Shown here: positions 41,466 to 51,636 of the stretch, piece after piece
Layout of the letters: each line of letters opens with the position of its first letter
How positions within the stretch are numbered: position 1 is the first letter of the stretch
Origin: Collinsella sp.
Lineage (GTDB): Bacteria > Actinomycetota > Coriobacteriia > Coriobacteriales > Coriobacteriaceae
Assembly (NCBI GenBank): GCA_048189345.1
Contig: DBEZGO010000044.1
Span: 457 to 64,456 of the forward strand
DNA: 64,000 nt
Direction of reading: 5' to 3'
Made by a program: the position numbers and the translations under genes
The notes under the pieces: model-generated
The model's input: the letters and a program-made list of their open reading frames with translations, nothing else
Told to the model about the DNA's origin: nothing
Database searches by the model: none

Positions 41466-42155
41466 CTAGGCGTCTTTCACCACGTCGGGACTCGTCGCAC
41501 GCGATGCGCGATAGGCATCGGCCTCCTTGGAGACGCGTTCGAGCAGCTCGGATGTATCGACGCCCTCGACTTGCGCGACCGTTTCCACCGTCTGCATGGC
41601 GACCGCCCTCAGGTACGCGCACGCGCTGTCCCCCGGCTGCTCGAGGTCTATCTCCTCGCCGCCCTCCCGGGCAAAGCCGACCGCCATCACAAAGCCCATG
41701 ATGCCCGAGACCAGAAAGCCCACCGCAAAGCTCGAATCTGCCTTGAGCTCTTCTCCGTCGGGGTGGACGATCTCTCTCACGCGGTCGATGATGATCGTAT
41801 GGATGCCCTGCACGACCTGCTCGGCGGCACCCGCCCTCATGGTGATGACGATGCGCCGCAGCAGGCAGCGGACGTCGCGCCGGTCGAACGCCGAAAGGTC
41901 GCCCTCGCTCGAAAAATGCCAGAGGGCATCGGTGATGAGCTCGTTATCCTGCAGCAGCTGGGCTATGGCGATGGCGACGAGTTCATCGAAATCGTGAAAA
42001 TAGTAGTAAAACGTTCCGCGATTGCACTGGGCGGCGCGGGTCACCTCGCCAACCGACAGCTCGAAGATGCTGTTGTTCTCGGTGAGCTCCCAAAACGCCT
42101 CGATGATACGGGTGCGTGCATCGGGCGCATCGGCGTCCTTACGCGGTCTCGCCAT
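41466..42155 (-). CDS. TetR/AcrR family regulator
   Basis: ARTRIIEAFWEL..LSVGEVTRAAQCNRGTFYYYF; overlaps the 3' end of the upstream fusion gene. Confidence 0.88.
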   Translation of the reverse strand: MARPRKDADAPDARTRIIEAFWELTENNSIFELSVGEVTRAAQCNRGTFYYYFHDFDELVAIAIAQLLQDNELITDALWHFSSEGDLSAFDRRDVRCLLRRIVITMRAGAAEQVVQGIHTIIIDRVREIVHPDGEELKADSSFAVGFLVSGIMGFVMAVGFAREGGEEIDLEQPGDSACAYLRAVAMQTVETVAQVEGVDTSELLERVSKEADAYRASRATSPDVVKDA

Positions 42156-45100
42156 GCGCCTCACCGCACCCCTGCGCCTTGGCGTTCATGATGAGCATCT
42201 GAAGACGGTTCTCCACGTTGGCGAAGCTCACGTCGGGATCGTAGTCGAGCGGCAGGAACTGCGCCGTGGGATACTGCTCCTTGAGCGCATGGATGAGCCC
42301 GCGCCCCACGACATGGTTGGGCAGACACCCGAACGGCTGCAGGATCACGAAGTTGCGGCAGCCGCGCTTGGCGTGCTCGAGGATCTCCGCCGGAATCAGC
42401 ACGCCCTCGCCCGCATCGAACGTATGGTGCAGGATCTTATCGCTCGCGCGCACGAGCTCGGGCATGCGCGTCGGCGGCTCGTAGAGCGGGCTCGCCGCGC
42501 CCAGGCGGTCGCAACGGTCGTGCGCGAGCTCGAACAGGTTGTCCGCCGTGGCGTACCAGGCCTTTTCGGGCAGCGACAGGTCGACGTGGAACTCGCGCGA
42601 CTGCGCATGCTTGTAGAAATAGGTCTTGCGGATCACGTCGGTCATGCGCGCCTCGATGACCTCGAGCCCGTTGTCCTCGAGGTAGCGCTCAATCTCGTGG
42701 TTGGCGCCGAGATGGAAATTGAGCAGGTACTCGCCCACGATGAGAACGGTCGGATGCGGGTTCGAGCGGTCGTACGGAACGGCGTCCATGATCGCAAGCG
42801 CGCGTTTGAAGCCCGTCGCCTGGCCTCTCAGCCCGGAGCGCTCCATGCCCTCGATAACCTCATCGAGCGCGCGGTCGAACGCAGCGTCCGCCGCGCCCTT
42901 CTCGAGCTCGTAGGGACGGATGCGCCTAAGCATGGCCTCGAGGGCATCGATCATGGGAAGACCGTAGGCGATCTGGATGCTCGGGCCAAGGCCGAGCTTG
43001 AAGCCCGGATGCGCATTGTGGGCATCGACGTCGTCGTTGGTGAGCACCGGGACATAGTCGTATCCCGCGTCGTCGAGCGCGCGGCGCAGCAGGGGCATGT
43101 AGTGCGTCAGGCGGCAGTCGCCGATATACTTGCCAGTCACCACGGCGACGTCGTGCGGGTCGTACTTACCGCTCTCGAGTGCCGCGAGCGCCTCGCCGAT
43201 CACGATTTGCGCGGGGAAGCAGATGTCGTTGTGCACATAGCGTTTGCCCAGGCGGATGGCATCCTCGCGCCCGATATCAAGGGCCTCGGCGCGCACGCCC
43301 TGATTGCGCATCGCCGCGGTCATGAGCCTGCAGAACGCATGGGAGGTGTTGGGGACCAGCGCGATCTTGTCGTGCCGGTCGCGCTTGGTGTACTTGACCT
43401 TATACGGGTCGTCGAGCGGATGGACCGCGTGCACCCGGGCGCCCTCGGCACGCTCCTCCGCGCGACGACGGTTGACCGACTCGATAAACGAACGCACACG
43501 AATGCCCATGGGACCGGCGACGTCGCTCTCATCGAGCTTGATCATCATCGGAACCTTGGAGCCCATCTCGCCCATCATGCGCGCGATCTCGTCGGTGAGA
43601 TACGCATCGTGGCCGCAGCCGAAGCTGCCCATCTGCACGAGCTCGAGCTCGGGCGTCGATGCGACGATGACCGCGCACGACAGCATGCGCGCATGGTAGT
43701 TGTTCACGATGTCGATGCGGCTGTTGGAAAGATCGACGTTGCAGACCCCCGGCACCGCATCGGGCGTCAGCACGGGGATGCCGCGCTCAGAGAAGAGCTT
43801 GGGCAGCCCGTGGTTGACCAGCGGGTCGTTGTGGTACGGGCGCGAAGCGATCACCACCGCGTAGCCGCCGTCCTCACGCACGTTCTCGAGCACCTGCCTG
43901 CCGCGCAGCTGCAGCTGGTTCTCAAACGTCTCCTGCGCGCGGTCCGCCTGCTCGGTCGCCTTGGCAACCAGGTCGGCATCGATATCGAAGGTCTCCTTGC
44001 ACCACGCCTTGAGCTGGCGGTTTCGGTCGCCCTCGTCGTACCAGTGGAACAGCGGCGTATCGAACGGAACGCCGAAACGCTCCTCCGGGTTATCGGAATT
44101 GCGCATCACGTAGGGGTATCCCTTTACGACGGCGCACATCCACTCGCTGGTAGAGGCGGCGTTTTCGGTGGGCACCGTCGTGATGATGGGCATGAAGATG
44201 CGGTCGACGCCGGCGTCGACGAGATTGCGGATGTGCCCGTGGACGAGCTTGGCCGGGAAGCACACGGTGTCGGATGTGACGTGCGCCAGACCGCGCTCGT
44301 ACATCGCCTTGGTGCTGCGTCCCGAGACGCGCACCTTAAAGCCGAGCGTGCTGAAGAACGTCGACCAGAACGGCATGGTGTCCCAGAACTCGAGCACACG
44401 GGGAATGCCGATCGTGACATCGCGCCCCCCGCTGACGGGAACCGTGGGGTACGACTCGAACAGCAGCTTCTCGCGGTCGACAAAGAGATTGGGGGCAGCC
44501 GCGGTCCGGTCGCGCCCCGTGCCGGGTGCCTGTGCCTCGCAAGCACCCTGCGGACGCAGCTCCTCCGCCGCGGGAACCTCGCGCACGAGCTCATCCCATG
44601 AGATGGCGCCGCCGCGCGGGCAGCGATTGCCCGTGACGTAAAGCGAGCCGTCGCCAAATGCCACGACCGCGCGCTGGCAGCGGTTGTTGCACCGACGGCA
44701 GGTAACGCCGCCGAACTCGCGATGCTCGAAGCGCTCCACGGCATCGAGCCCGATAAACGACGTGCCGGCGTCGCCCTTGCGGCATTCCTCGCGCGCGAGC
44801 AGGGCGATACCGATAGCGCCCATCAGCCCCGGGTGGGGCGCACGCGTGACGGGTTTGCCCAGATACTGCTCGAATGCGCGCAGCACCGCGTCGTTTCGGA
44901 ACGTGCCGCCCTGGACGACGACTTTGTCGCCCAGACGGTTGAGATTTGAAACGCGAATGACCTTGGTGAACACGTTCTCGATAATCGAACGGCAGAGACC
45001 GGCCATGATGTCGCCCGGACCCTTACCGCGCCGCTGCTCGGAAACGACGCTGCTGTTCATGAACACCGTGCAGCGGCTGCCGAGAACGGCGGGGGCTTTG

Positions 45101-46578
45101 GACGAAAATGCCTCGGTCGCGATATCCTCAACGGCTATTCCGAGGTTTTTGGCAAAACCCTCGAGGAACGAGCCGCAGCCCGCAGAGCACGCCTCGTTGA
45201 CGACGATATCGGTCAGCACGCCGTGGTTGAGCCAGATGGCCTTCATATCCTGTCCGCCGATGTCGAGCACGAAGGTCGCATCGGGAACGCATGCGCACGC
45301 GGCGCGGGCGTGCGCGACCGTCTCGACCGTATGGTAGTCGGCGTGGAACGCGCGCGCGAAAAGCTCCTCGCCGTATCCCGTGGTGCCCACGGCATCGATC
45401 GCAAGCGTGACTCCCGCTGTCTCCCAGCGGTTCTTCAAGCTGACAAGACCCTGTTGGGCGACGTCGAGCGGTCTGCCGTTATTAGACGCGTAGAACGAAT
45501 CGACAAGCTCACCCGCCTCATCGACCAGGGCGAACTTGGTCGTCGTGCTCCCCGAATCGATACCGAGCGCCACACGCACCGTCTCTCCGGGCGCATACGC
45601 ATCCGGACCCTTTGCCGGCGTCTCTTTGCCATGGCGTGCCGTAAAATCCGCCTGCTCGGCAGGTGTGGCAAAAAAGGGCTGGGCAAGACGTCCCTCCCCG
45701 CTTGCGGGCGCGACCGTCTCGAGCTTATCCAGCCGGACAAAAGCGTCGGGAAGGTCGATCGGTTGGGACGATGCGAACATGTCGGTCAGCGACAGGGCGG
45801 CACCGCGCGCGACCATGATCTGCGGATCGCGCGGGACGATAACCTGATCGTCCGATAGATTCAGTTGCTCCCGGAACACGCGGACCAGTGTGGGGTTGTA
45901 GGCGAGCGTACCGCCCTCGAAGATTACCGGCGGCTCGATGTCGATACCCTGGGCCAGACCGCCGATCGTTTGGCGGGCGACCGCGTGAAGCGCCGAAAGC
46001 GCCAGGTCGGTGGCAGGAATGCCCTCGTTGAGCAGCGGCTGGATATCGGTCTTTGCGTACACGCCGCAGCGGCCCGAGACCTCGTGGACGGTCGTTCCCC
46101 GGCTTGCGAGCTGCTCGAACTCGCCCGATTCGGTGCCGACCCCCATGAGCTTTGCCATCTCGTCGATAAATGCACCGGTACCGCCTGCGCACGAGCCGTT
46201 CATGCGCATGTCGGCAACCTCGATGTCTCCCTTATCGTTGGTGCGGAAGAAGATCATCTTGGCGTCTTGGCCGCCCAGCTCGATGGCGCAGCGCGTCTGC
46301 GGATAGAACCTGCTGATCGCGAGCGCGTTGGCGACCACCTCCTGAACGTACGAGGCGCCCAGCGCGGTCGCGATATCGCGCGCACCCGAGCCGGTCACCG
46401 CAACGCGCAGCGACTCATGGGGAAAGCGCTCGGCGAGCTCGCCGAGCATGGCGCGCACGCTCGCTGTCTGACACGCCCCGTGGCGGCGATATCCCCACCA
46501 CGCCTCGGTCATATCCTCGTGCATCGCGTAAACTTTGGTCGTCGTCGACCCTACGTCCAGTCCTACTAGCAACGCCAT
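42139..46578 (-). CDS. Fused double activase (BcrAD/BadFG) + reductase/dehydratase-like protein; plasmalogen synthase (PlsA-PlsR)-type architecture
   Basis: Two ASKHA activase domains (GLDVGSTTTK..GGQDAK..CAGGTG..RCGV; GIDSGSTTTK..GGQDMK..CSAGCG..RCTV), CRRCNNRC, VCFPAK, SFGCGHD, ICFPA, CRL, QPFGC. Confidence 0.85.
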   Translation of the reverse strand: MALLVGLDVGSTTTKVYAMHEDMTEAWWGYRRHGACQTASVRAMLGELAERFPHESLRVAVTGSGARDIATALGASYVQEVVANALAISRFYPQTRCAIELGGQDAKMIFFRTNDKGDIEVADMRMNGSCAGGTGAFIDEMAKLMGVGTESGEFEQLASRGTTVHEVSGRCGVYAKTDIQPLLNEGIPATDLALSALHAVARQTIGGLAQGIDIEPPVIFEGGTLAYNPTLVRVFREQLNLSDDQVIVPRDPQIMVARGAALSLTDMFASSQPIDLPDAFVRLDKLETVAPASGEGRLAQPFFATPAEQADFTARHGKETPAKGPDAYAPGETVRVALGIDSGSTTTKFALVDEAGELVDSFYASNNGRPLDVAQQGLVSLKNRWETAGVTLAIDAVGTTGYGEELFARAFHADYHTVETVAHARAACACVPDATFVLDIGGQDMKAIWLNHGVLTDIVVNEACSAGCGSFLEGFAKNLGIAVEDIATEAFSSKAPAVLGSRCTVFMNSSVVSEQRRGKGPGDIMAGLCRSIIENVFTKVIRVSNLNRLGDKVVVQGGTFRNDAVLRAFEQYLGKPVTRAPHPGLMGAIGIALLAREECRKGDAGTSFIGLDAVERFEHREFGGVTCRRCNNRCQRAVVAFGDGSLYVTGNRCPRGGAISWDELVREVPAAEELRPQGACEAQAPGTGRDRTAAAPNLFVDREKLLFESYPTVPVSGGRDVTIGIPRVLEFWDTMPFWSTFFSTLGFKVRVSGRSTKAMYERGLAHVTSDTVCFPAKLVHGHIRNLVDAGVDRIFMPIITTVPTENAASTSEWMCAVVKGYPYVMRNSDNPEERFGVPFDTPLFHWYDEGDRNRQLKAWCKETFDIDADLVAKATEQADRAQETFENQLQLRGRQVLENVREDGGYAVVIASRPYHNDPLVNHGLPKLFSERGIPVLTPDAVPGVCNVDLSNSRIDIVNNYHARMLSCAVIVASTPELELVQMGSFGCGHDAYLTDEIARMMGEMGSKVPMMIKLDESDVAGPMGIRVRSFIESVNRRRAEERAEGARVHAVHPLDDPYKVKYTKRDRHDKIALVPNTSHAFCRLMTAAMRNQGVRAEALDIGREDAIRLGKRYVHNDICFPAQIVIGEALAALESGKYDPHDVAVVTGKYIGDCRLTHYMPLLRRALDDAGYDYVPVLTNDDVDAHNAHPGFKLGLGPSIQIAYGLPMIDALEAMLRRIRPYELEKGAADAAFDRALDEVIEGMERSGLRGQATGFKRALAIMDAVPYDRSNPHPTVLIVGEYLLNFHLGANHEIERYLEDNGLEVIEARMTDVIRKTYFYKHAQSREFHVDLSLPEKAWYATADNLFELAHDRCDRLGAASPLYEPPTRMPELVRASDKILHHTFDAGEGVLIPAEILEHAKRGCRNFVILQPFGCLPNHVVGRGLIHALKEQYPTAQFLPLDYDPDVSFANVENRLQMLIMNAKAQGCGEAHGETA

Positions 46579-46627
46579 AATGCTCCGTCTCTCGCATTTT
46601 TCCCGCTAGAGATATACCACTCTACGT

Positions 46628-46648
46628 AATACAACAGACTGTTGTATT
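46628..46648. promoter_or_regulatory. Perfect 10-1-10 palindrome; candidate TetR operator
   Basis: AATACAACAG-A-CTGTTGTATT, 50 bp upstream of the start and just upstream of a TGGTATAT extended -10-like box on the minus strand. Confidence 0.7.
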
Positions 46649-46859
46649 TAAACTCCGTATAAAAAGCGGCTGCCGAAACGCTTCAGCAGCCGCCGAATGC
46701 ACCAACAGATTGTTCTGCGCGCTAGCACGTCGGGCAACGGAGCAGCACGGGCCCTCCGGTCATGCGCACCGCTCACGCCCGCGATGTCGCCGAGAGAGCT
46801 ATCCACGCTTAGGGCTCCAACCAAGCAAGTCGCCCGCGCTCAGCAGATCCCTAAGCGAG

Positions 46860-47408
46860 CTACTCGCACTCAGGAGCCATAGCCTGCTCCAAGAGCTCGG
46901 CATGCTCCTCCTCGAAAACCGTCCCCACAGGGAAGGCGCGACGGAAGACGAAGCGGGAAATCGGACCGGCTACCAAAAGGTTCCACGGCAGCGCCATCAC
47001 AAAATTATGCGGGATGTTGATCATCCAGATCGCGGGCACGGAATACAGGTTCGCAAGGATGCCGCCGGGCATGTGCGTCAGACCCTCACAGGCACCGTAC
47101 AGCGACATGATGATGACCATGGGAACGACCATGCAGGAGCTGACGGCGAGCGTCATGGCAAGTGGCGAGCTCTTGCCCGGCGTGACCAGGAATTTAAAAG
47201 CGAAACCCTTGGCAAGGGGACTGGCAACAAACCAGTCGCAGCACATGGCAAAAATGTAGGCAACGGGGAAGCCGAGCCACGCGGCGGCAACAACCTCGCC
47301 GTTGATGGCCCCATGCTGCAGGGCAACGTTGTAGATGCTCATCCAGAGCACCATGCAAAAGCACATGATAAAGGTGAACAGCAGGCTCTCCCGTTTGTTG
47401 ATAGGCAT
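46860..47408 (-). CDS. Membrane protein, DUF2798-like
   Basis: MPINKRESLLFTFIMCFCMVLWMSIYN..NFVMALPWNLLVAGPISRFVF. Confidence 0.7.
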   Translation of the reverse strand: MPINKRESLLFTFIMCFCMVLWMSIYNVALQHGAINGEVVAAAWLGFPVAYIFAMCCDWFVASPLAKGFAFKFLVTPGKSSPLAMTLAVSSCMVVPMVIIMSLYGACEGLTHMPGGILANLYSVPAIWMINIPHNFVMALPWNLLVAGPISRFVFRRAFPVGTVFEEEHAELLEQAMAPECE

Positions 47409-47719
47409 AAAGGGCAGATTCCTCTCTGTGTTGTACCGCGGCGCCACGCAACAAAAACGGGCGGGCAAGATGGAGCTGTTGGGACTTCATCTCGCCCGCC
47501 CGTGTTACGCGCGTCTGCGACTACTTATGTGGTGGAACTACCCTAACACGAACGGCGCGCGCTTCGTAAGCGTTGAGTTTGTGGAGATGCAGGGCACCAA
47601 AACCCCCGACCCCATAAGTTGCGGTGGAATACGGACTGTTTTGACCCTTTAAGCAACAATTCAGTCCCTATTTCACCGCAACTCATTTGGTGCAAAGTAA
47701 CCTGTCCCCCTTGTACCAA

Positions 47720-49288
47720 TTAGCTGGTGTGGCGCCAGCGAGGGTCGGTGAGCGTACGCGCCACACCCAGTCCAACGGGCAGAAACGCTACGATGAGCAC
47801 TGCGCGCACAAACCAGCCGAGCATATTGACCGTGTCGAAGGTGCACATGTAATACATCGAGCGATACAGATACAAGCCCGGCACCATAATGACAATCGAA
47901 GGCACCGTGAGGGCGATGCGCGGGTAGGTGAGCTTGACTTCAGCCAAGCTTGCGAGCAGCCCCGATACCAGCGCGCCGATAAACGCTGCTGCCTCGGGAG
48001 GCATTCCCGTGCTGAGGCCCAGGAAGGGAATCATCGTCGGCGCATCGACAAGGGTCAGACGCAGGGTATTGGACACGGCGCCGATCAACCCAGCTGCCGC
48101 GGCCATCTTTACCGGGCTGTTGAACATCACCGAGAAGCCGAATACGCCAACGAAGCTCATCACCACGCGCAGGAGCGTAAGGGCAAGCGGCGAAAGGCCC
48201 AGTGGGGCAAAGTCGTCCGGCGCCAGGCCAACACACTCGGCAACCATCCAACCTACGAGGGTCGCCATCACAATAATCGATACGGCATATGAAAGGCGCT
48301 CGATACCGCTTCGCATGTCGAGCTTAGCGATGTCGAGGCCTGCCGTAATGAGTGGAAAGCCGGGAATCACAAAGAGCATGGCGCCGATATAGCCTTCTTG
48401 GTGCGACATTGCCCCCGGTATGACCTGGCCAAGGCCGAGCAATGCCAGCAGATACGAAACGCAAGCGAGCGCAACGCCGGTCGTCAGCGCGCTGAACTGA
48501 CCAAGGCCTTGCTTGAGAATATGGGAGCGGGCAAAGTTGCCGACACCCGCGCCCACGAACGCGCAGGCCATCTCGATAGGGCCGCCGCCGAGCAAAAAGA
48601 CGAAGGCGCCGCAAGCACAGGCTGCCGCAAGGCCCTGTTGCCAGGGAGAGTAATCAGGCTTTGAGCTCTCAACGGTCCTGAGCATCTCGTGATACTCGTG
48701 TACCGTGAAGCGACGACCATAGGTCTCGATTTCCTTGAGGAAACTCTCCATCATCCAAATGCGATGGGTATTGACTCCCGTTGTGGGCAGGCTGACAACC
48801 TCGTTAAAGCAGTGGCCATCTTCGATGCAAGTGCACTCAAACGACAGAAGACTCAGGTCGACGTGAATCGTGACGCCGAGTACGGCAGCAACACGATTCA
48901 TGGTATCGCGCACGCGCCAGGCACCTGTTCCGCTTGCCAGCATAAGCATGCCGGTGCGGCAGATGATGGATGACTTATCGGTGAGTGGCGCATCGACGGC
49001 AAGCTCATCGCCTGCCGTCACGATCTGGTGCCAGTCAGTTTTCATATGGAGCGCGCCGGCACGAACGCCGTGGTGCATGGGGGCTCTCGAAAGCAGCGAG
49101 TCAAGGCGCGAAGGCTGTGGGGGCTCCGCTGATCCGACCTCGTCCTCGTCGGGCTCTTCATCAATAAGGTCGAAAGTATCGAGCGCCGCCGGCTCGCGAC
49201 GGTCGATCAATTCCTCGTCCTCATCATCAAAGTAGTTGAACTGATCGAGCATGTCCTCTTCGATTGCACGCTCGCTCGCGTCGTCCAT
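47720..49288 (-). CDS. Threonine/serine exporter (ThrE family) with acidic N-terminal extension
   Basis: GMLMLASGTGAWRV, MLFVIPGFPLIT, VPSIVIMVPG; multiple TMs. Confidence 0.85.
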   Translation of the reverse strand: MDDASERAIEEDMLDQFNYFDDEDEELIDRREPAALDTFDLIDEEPDEDEVGSAEPPQPSRLDSLLSRAPMHHGVRAGALHMKTDWHQIVTAGDELAVDAPLTDKSSIICRTGMLMLASGTGAWRVRDTMNRVAAVLGVTIHVDLSLLSFECTCIEDGHCFNEVVSLPTTGVNTHRIWMMESFLKEIETYGRRFTVHEYHEMLRTVESSKPDYSPWQQGLAAACACGAFVFLLGGGPIEMACAFVGAGVGNFARSHILKQGLGQFSALTTGVALACVSYLLALLGLGQVIPGAMSHQEGYIGAMLFVIPGFPLITAGLDIAKLDMRSGIERLSYAVSIIVMATLVGWMVAECVGLAPDDFAPLGLSPLALTLLRVVMSFVGVFGFSVMFNSPVKMAAAAGLIGAVSNTLRLTLVDAPTMIPFLGLSTGMPPEAAAFIGALVSGLLASLAEVKLTYPRIALTVPSIVIMVPGLYLYRSMYYMCTFDTVNMLGWFVRAVLIVAFLPVGLGVARTLTDPRWRHTS

Positions 49289-49592
49289 CCCGGTGCTCCC
49301 TTCCTGTCGACTAACCCCCATCCTAGGCAGCAACGGCTAAAGGAAACATAAAAGAGACGACTGTCATGCGAGCCATGTGCGCAATATCCGTTGGGTAGTC
49401 GTTTAAGAACGTCCCCAATGACTACATCGATGTATTGGCAACGTCAGCGAGCGGGCCGCATTTGAGACAAGGTGACGTGAAACGAAAGGGCGCTGACCTT
49501 CTGGTCGCGCCCTTGAAGTTGAATGTCAGATTGTCCAAATGCGGCCCGCGCAGCGTCGAGCCGTTACGCGGTTCGTAGAACCGCGTAACTAG

Positions 49593-51557
49593 TTAGTACA
49601 TCTTTGCGCCGGCAGGGATGGAGGCGTCGAGCTGGATCAGGTTGAGGCGCTCCTCGCCCTCCTCCTCGTGGACAGCGCTGATCAGCATGCCGCAGCTGGG
49701 AATACCCATCATCTTGCGCGGAGGCAGGTTGGTAATGGCGAGCAAGGTCTTGCCGACCAGGTCCTCGGGCTCGTAATAAGCGTGAATACCGGAGAGGATG
49801 GTGCGGTCGGTACCGGTACCGTCGTCGAGCGTAAAGTTCAGCAGCTTCTTGGACTTCTTGACGGCCTCGCATGCCTTGACCTTCACAGCGCGGAAGTCGC
49901 TCTTGGAGAAGGTATCAAAGTCGACGAACTCCTCAAACAGCGGCTCAACGGCGATCTTGGAGTAATCGAGCGTGGGCTTAAGCGACGTAACGAACGGGCT
50001 CGCGGCGTTGCCGGCCTCGGCAGCCTTGGCGGCAGCGGCACCGGACTGGAAACCCTTCTCGGGCTTCATGTGCGGGAACAGCAGCACGTCGCGGATAGAA
50101 GCCTGGTTGGTGAGCAGCATGACCACGCGGTCGATACCAATGCCAATGCCGCCCGCGGGAGGCATACCGTACTCGAGGGCGCGCACGTAGTCCTCGTCGT
50201 ACTCCATGGCCTCGTCGTCACCGCCGGCCTTCTCGGCCATCTGGGCGGCAAAGCGCTCGGCCTGGTCGACCGGGTCGTTGAGCTCGGAGAAAGCGTTGGC
50301 GTACTCGTGGCCGGCGATGACCAGCTCAAAGCGGTGGGTCAAACGCGGGTCGTCCTCAAAACGCTTGGCGAGCGGGCTGACCTCGATGGGGTAATCGCAC
50401 ACGAACGTCGGGTTAACGATGGTGTCCTCGCCCAGCTCATCGTAAATCTCGGCGATGATCTTGCCAGCAGTCCACTCGGGCTTGATCTCCAGGCCCTTCT
50501 CGCGCGCGGCGGCAGCAAGCTCCTCGACCGGCGTGTCGATGGTGACCTGCTTGCCGAGCACGTCGGAGACGATGTCGGTCATGGGACGGCTGGCCCACTC
50601 ACCAGAAAGGTCGATGGTCTGGCCCTGGTACTCGATGACCTCGGGGTTGCCGATGGCCTTGTTGGCAGCCTTGATGACACCTTGGGCGAGTGCCTTCATG
50701 CCCTCGAGGTCGGAGAAGGCACGGTAGGCCTCCATCGTGGTGAACTCGGGGTTGTGGGTAAGGTCCATGCCCTCGTTACGGAAGATGCGGCCGATCTCGA
50801 ACACGCGCTCAAAACCACCGACGATGCAGCGCTTGAGGTGCAGCTCGGTGGCAATACGCAGGTAGCACTCCTGATCGAGCGCGTTGAAGTGGGTAATGAA
50901 CGGCTTGGCAGTAGCGCCGCCTTGGATGGTCTGCAGGATGGGGGTCTCGACCTCCATGTAGCCGTCGGACTCCATAAAGCGACGGAAGGTGGAGAGAATC
51001 TGCGAACGCTTACGGAAGGTCTCGCGAACGTCGTCGTTGGCGATCAGGTCGACATAGCGCTGGCGATAGCGGGTCTCCTTATCGGAAAGACCGTGGAACT
51101 TCTCGGGCAGCGGACGAACGGCCTTGGCAAGCAGGGTCGCGCTCTTAGGGGCAACGGAAAGCTGGCCACGCTGGGTGCGCACGACCACGCCGGTCACGCC
51201 CAGGATGTCGCCCAGGTCGAGGGCCTTGAGCGTACTCCAGGCAGCCTCGTCCATGTCGTTGATGCGGCAGAACAGCTGAATCTCGGCAGTCGCATCGCGC
51301 ACGACGATGAACATGATCTTGCCCTGACCGCGCTTGGCGACCACACGGCCAGCGATCTTCACGACGTCCTCGGTGTCCTCGCCATCGGCAAGCTCGGCGT
51401 ACTTAGCCTCGATATCGGCGACGTAGTCCTCAAGCTCAGAGTGCTCGGGATAGGGGTTCTGGCCCGCCTCGAACAGGGCGGCGCGCTTGGCCAGGCGGGT
51501 GGCGCGCTCGTCGTTGAGCGTCGATGCCTGATCGGCGGCGTTCTGGTTCTCTGCCAT
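49593..51557 (-). CDS. lysS: Lysine--tRNA ligase (class II) with C-terminal Trbp111/EMAP-like tRNA-binding domain
   Basis: YRQRYVDL, YLRIATELHLKR, FRNEG, YGMPP..GIGIDR; tail FDTFSKSDFRAVKV..RTILSGI..NLPPRKMMGIPSCGMLISA. Confidence 0.95.
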   Translation of the reverse strand: MAENQNAADQASTLNDERATRLAKRAALFEAGQNPYPEHSELEDYVADIEAKYAELADGEDTEDVVKIAGRVVAKRGQGKIMFIVVRDATAEIQLFCRINDMDEAAWSTLKALDLGDILGVTGVVVRTQRGQLSVAPKSATLLAKAVRPLPEKFHGLSDKETRYRQRYVDLIANDDVRETFRKRSQILSTFRRFMESDGYMEVETPILQTIQGGATAKPFITHFNALDQECYLRIATELHLKRCIVGGFERVFEIGRIFRNEGMDLTHNPEFTTMEAYRAFSDLEGMKALAQGVIKAANKAIGNPEVIEYQGQTIDLSGEWASRPMTDIVSDVLGKQVTIDTPVEELAAAAREKGLEIKPEWTAGKIIAEIYDELGEDTIVNPTFVCDYPIEVSPLAKRFEDDPRLTHRFELVIAGHEYANAFSELNDPVDQAERFAAQMAEKAGGDDEAMEYDEDYVRALEYGMPPAGGIGIGIDRVVMLLTNQASIRDVLLFPHMKPEKGFQSGAAAAKAAEAGNAASPFVTSLKPTLDYSKIAVEPLFEEFVDFDTFSKSDFRAVKVKACEAVKKSKKLLNFTLDDGTGTDRTILSGIHAYYEPEDLVGKTLLAITNLPPRKMMGIPSCGMLISAVHEEEGEERLNLIQLDASIPAGAKMY

Positions 51558-51636
51558 AAGTTAGCTCCTCAAACTAAAACGCTCCCCAGGATTCGGTCCC
51601 AGGGAGCGAAAACATACCTTTACGCGGGACCGTGGT

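Noticed and set aside
38604..44601. Long plus-strand ORFs 38604-40991 and 42022-44601
   Set aside because: Antisense to clpC and the Pls-like gene; no recognisable domains
46697..46860. GC-rich spacer with short inverted repeats between the Pls-like promoter and the DUF2798-like gene
   Set aside because: Only short stems; no recognisable RNA family or second copy that I can support
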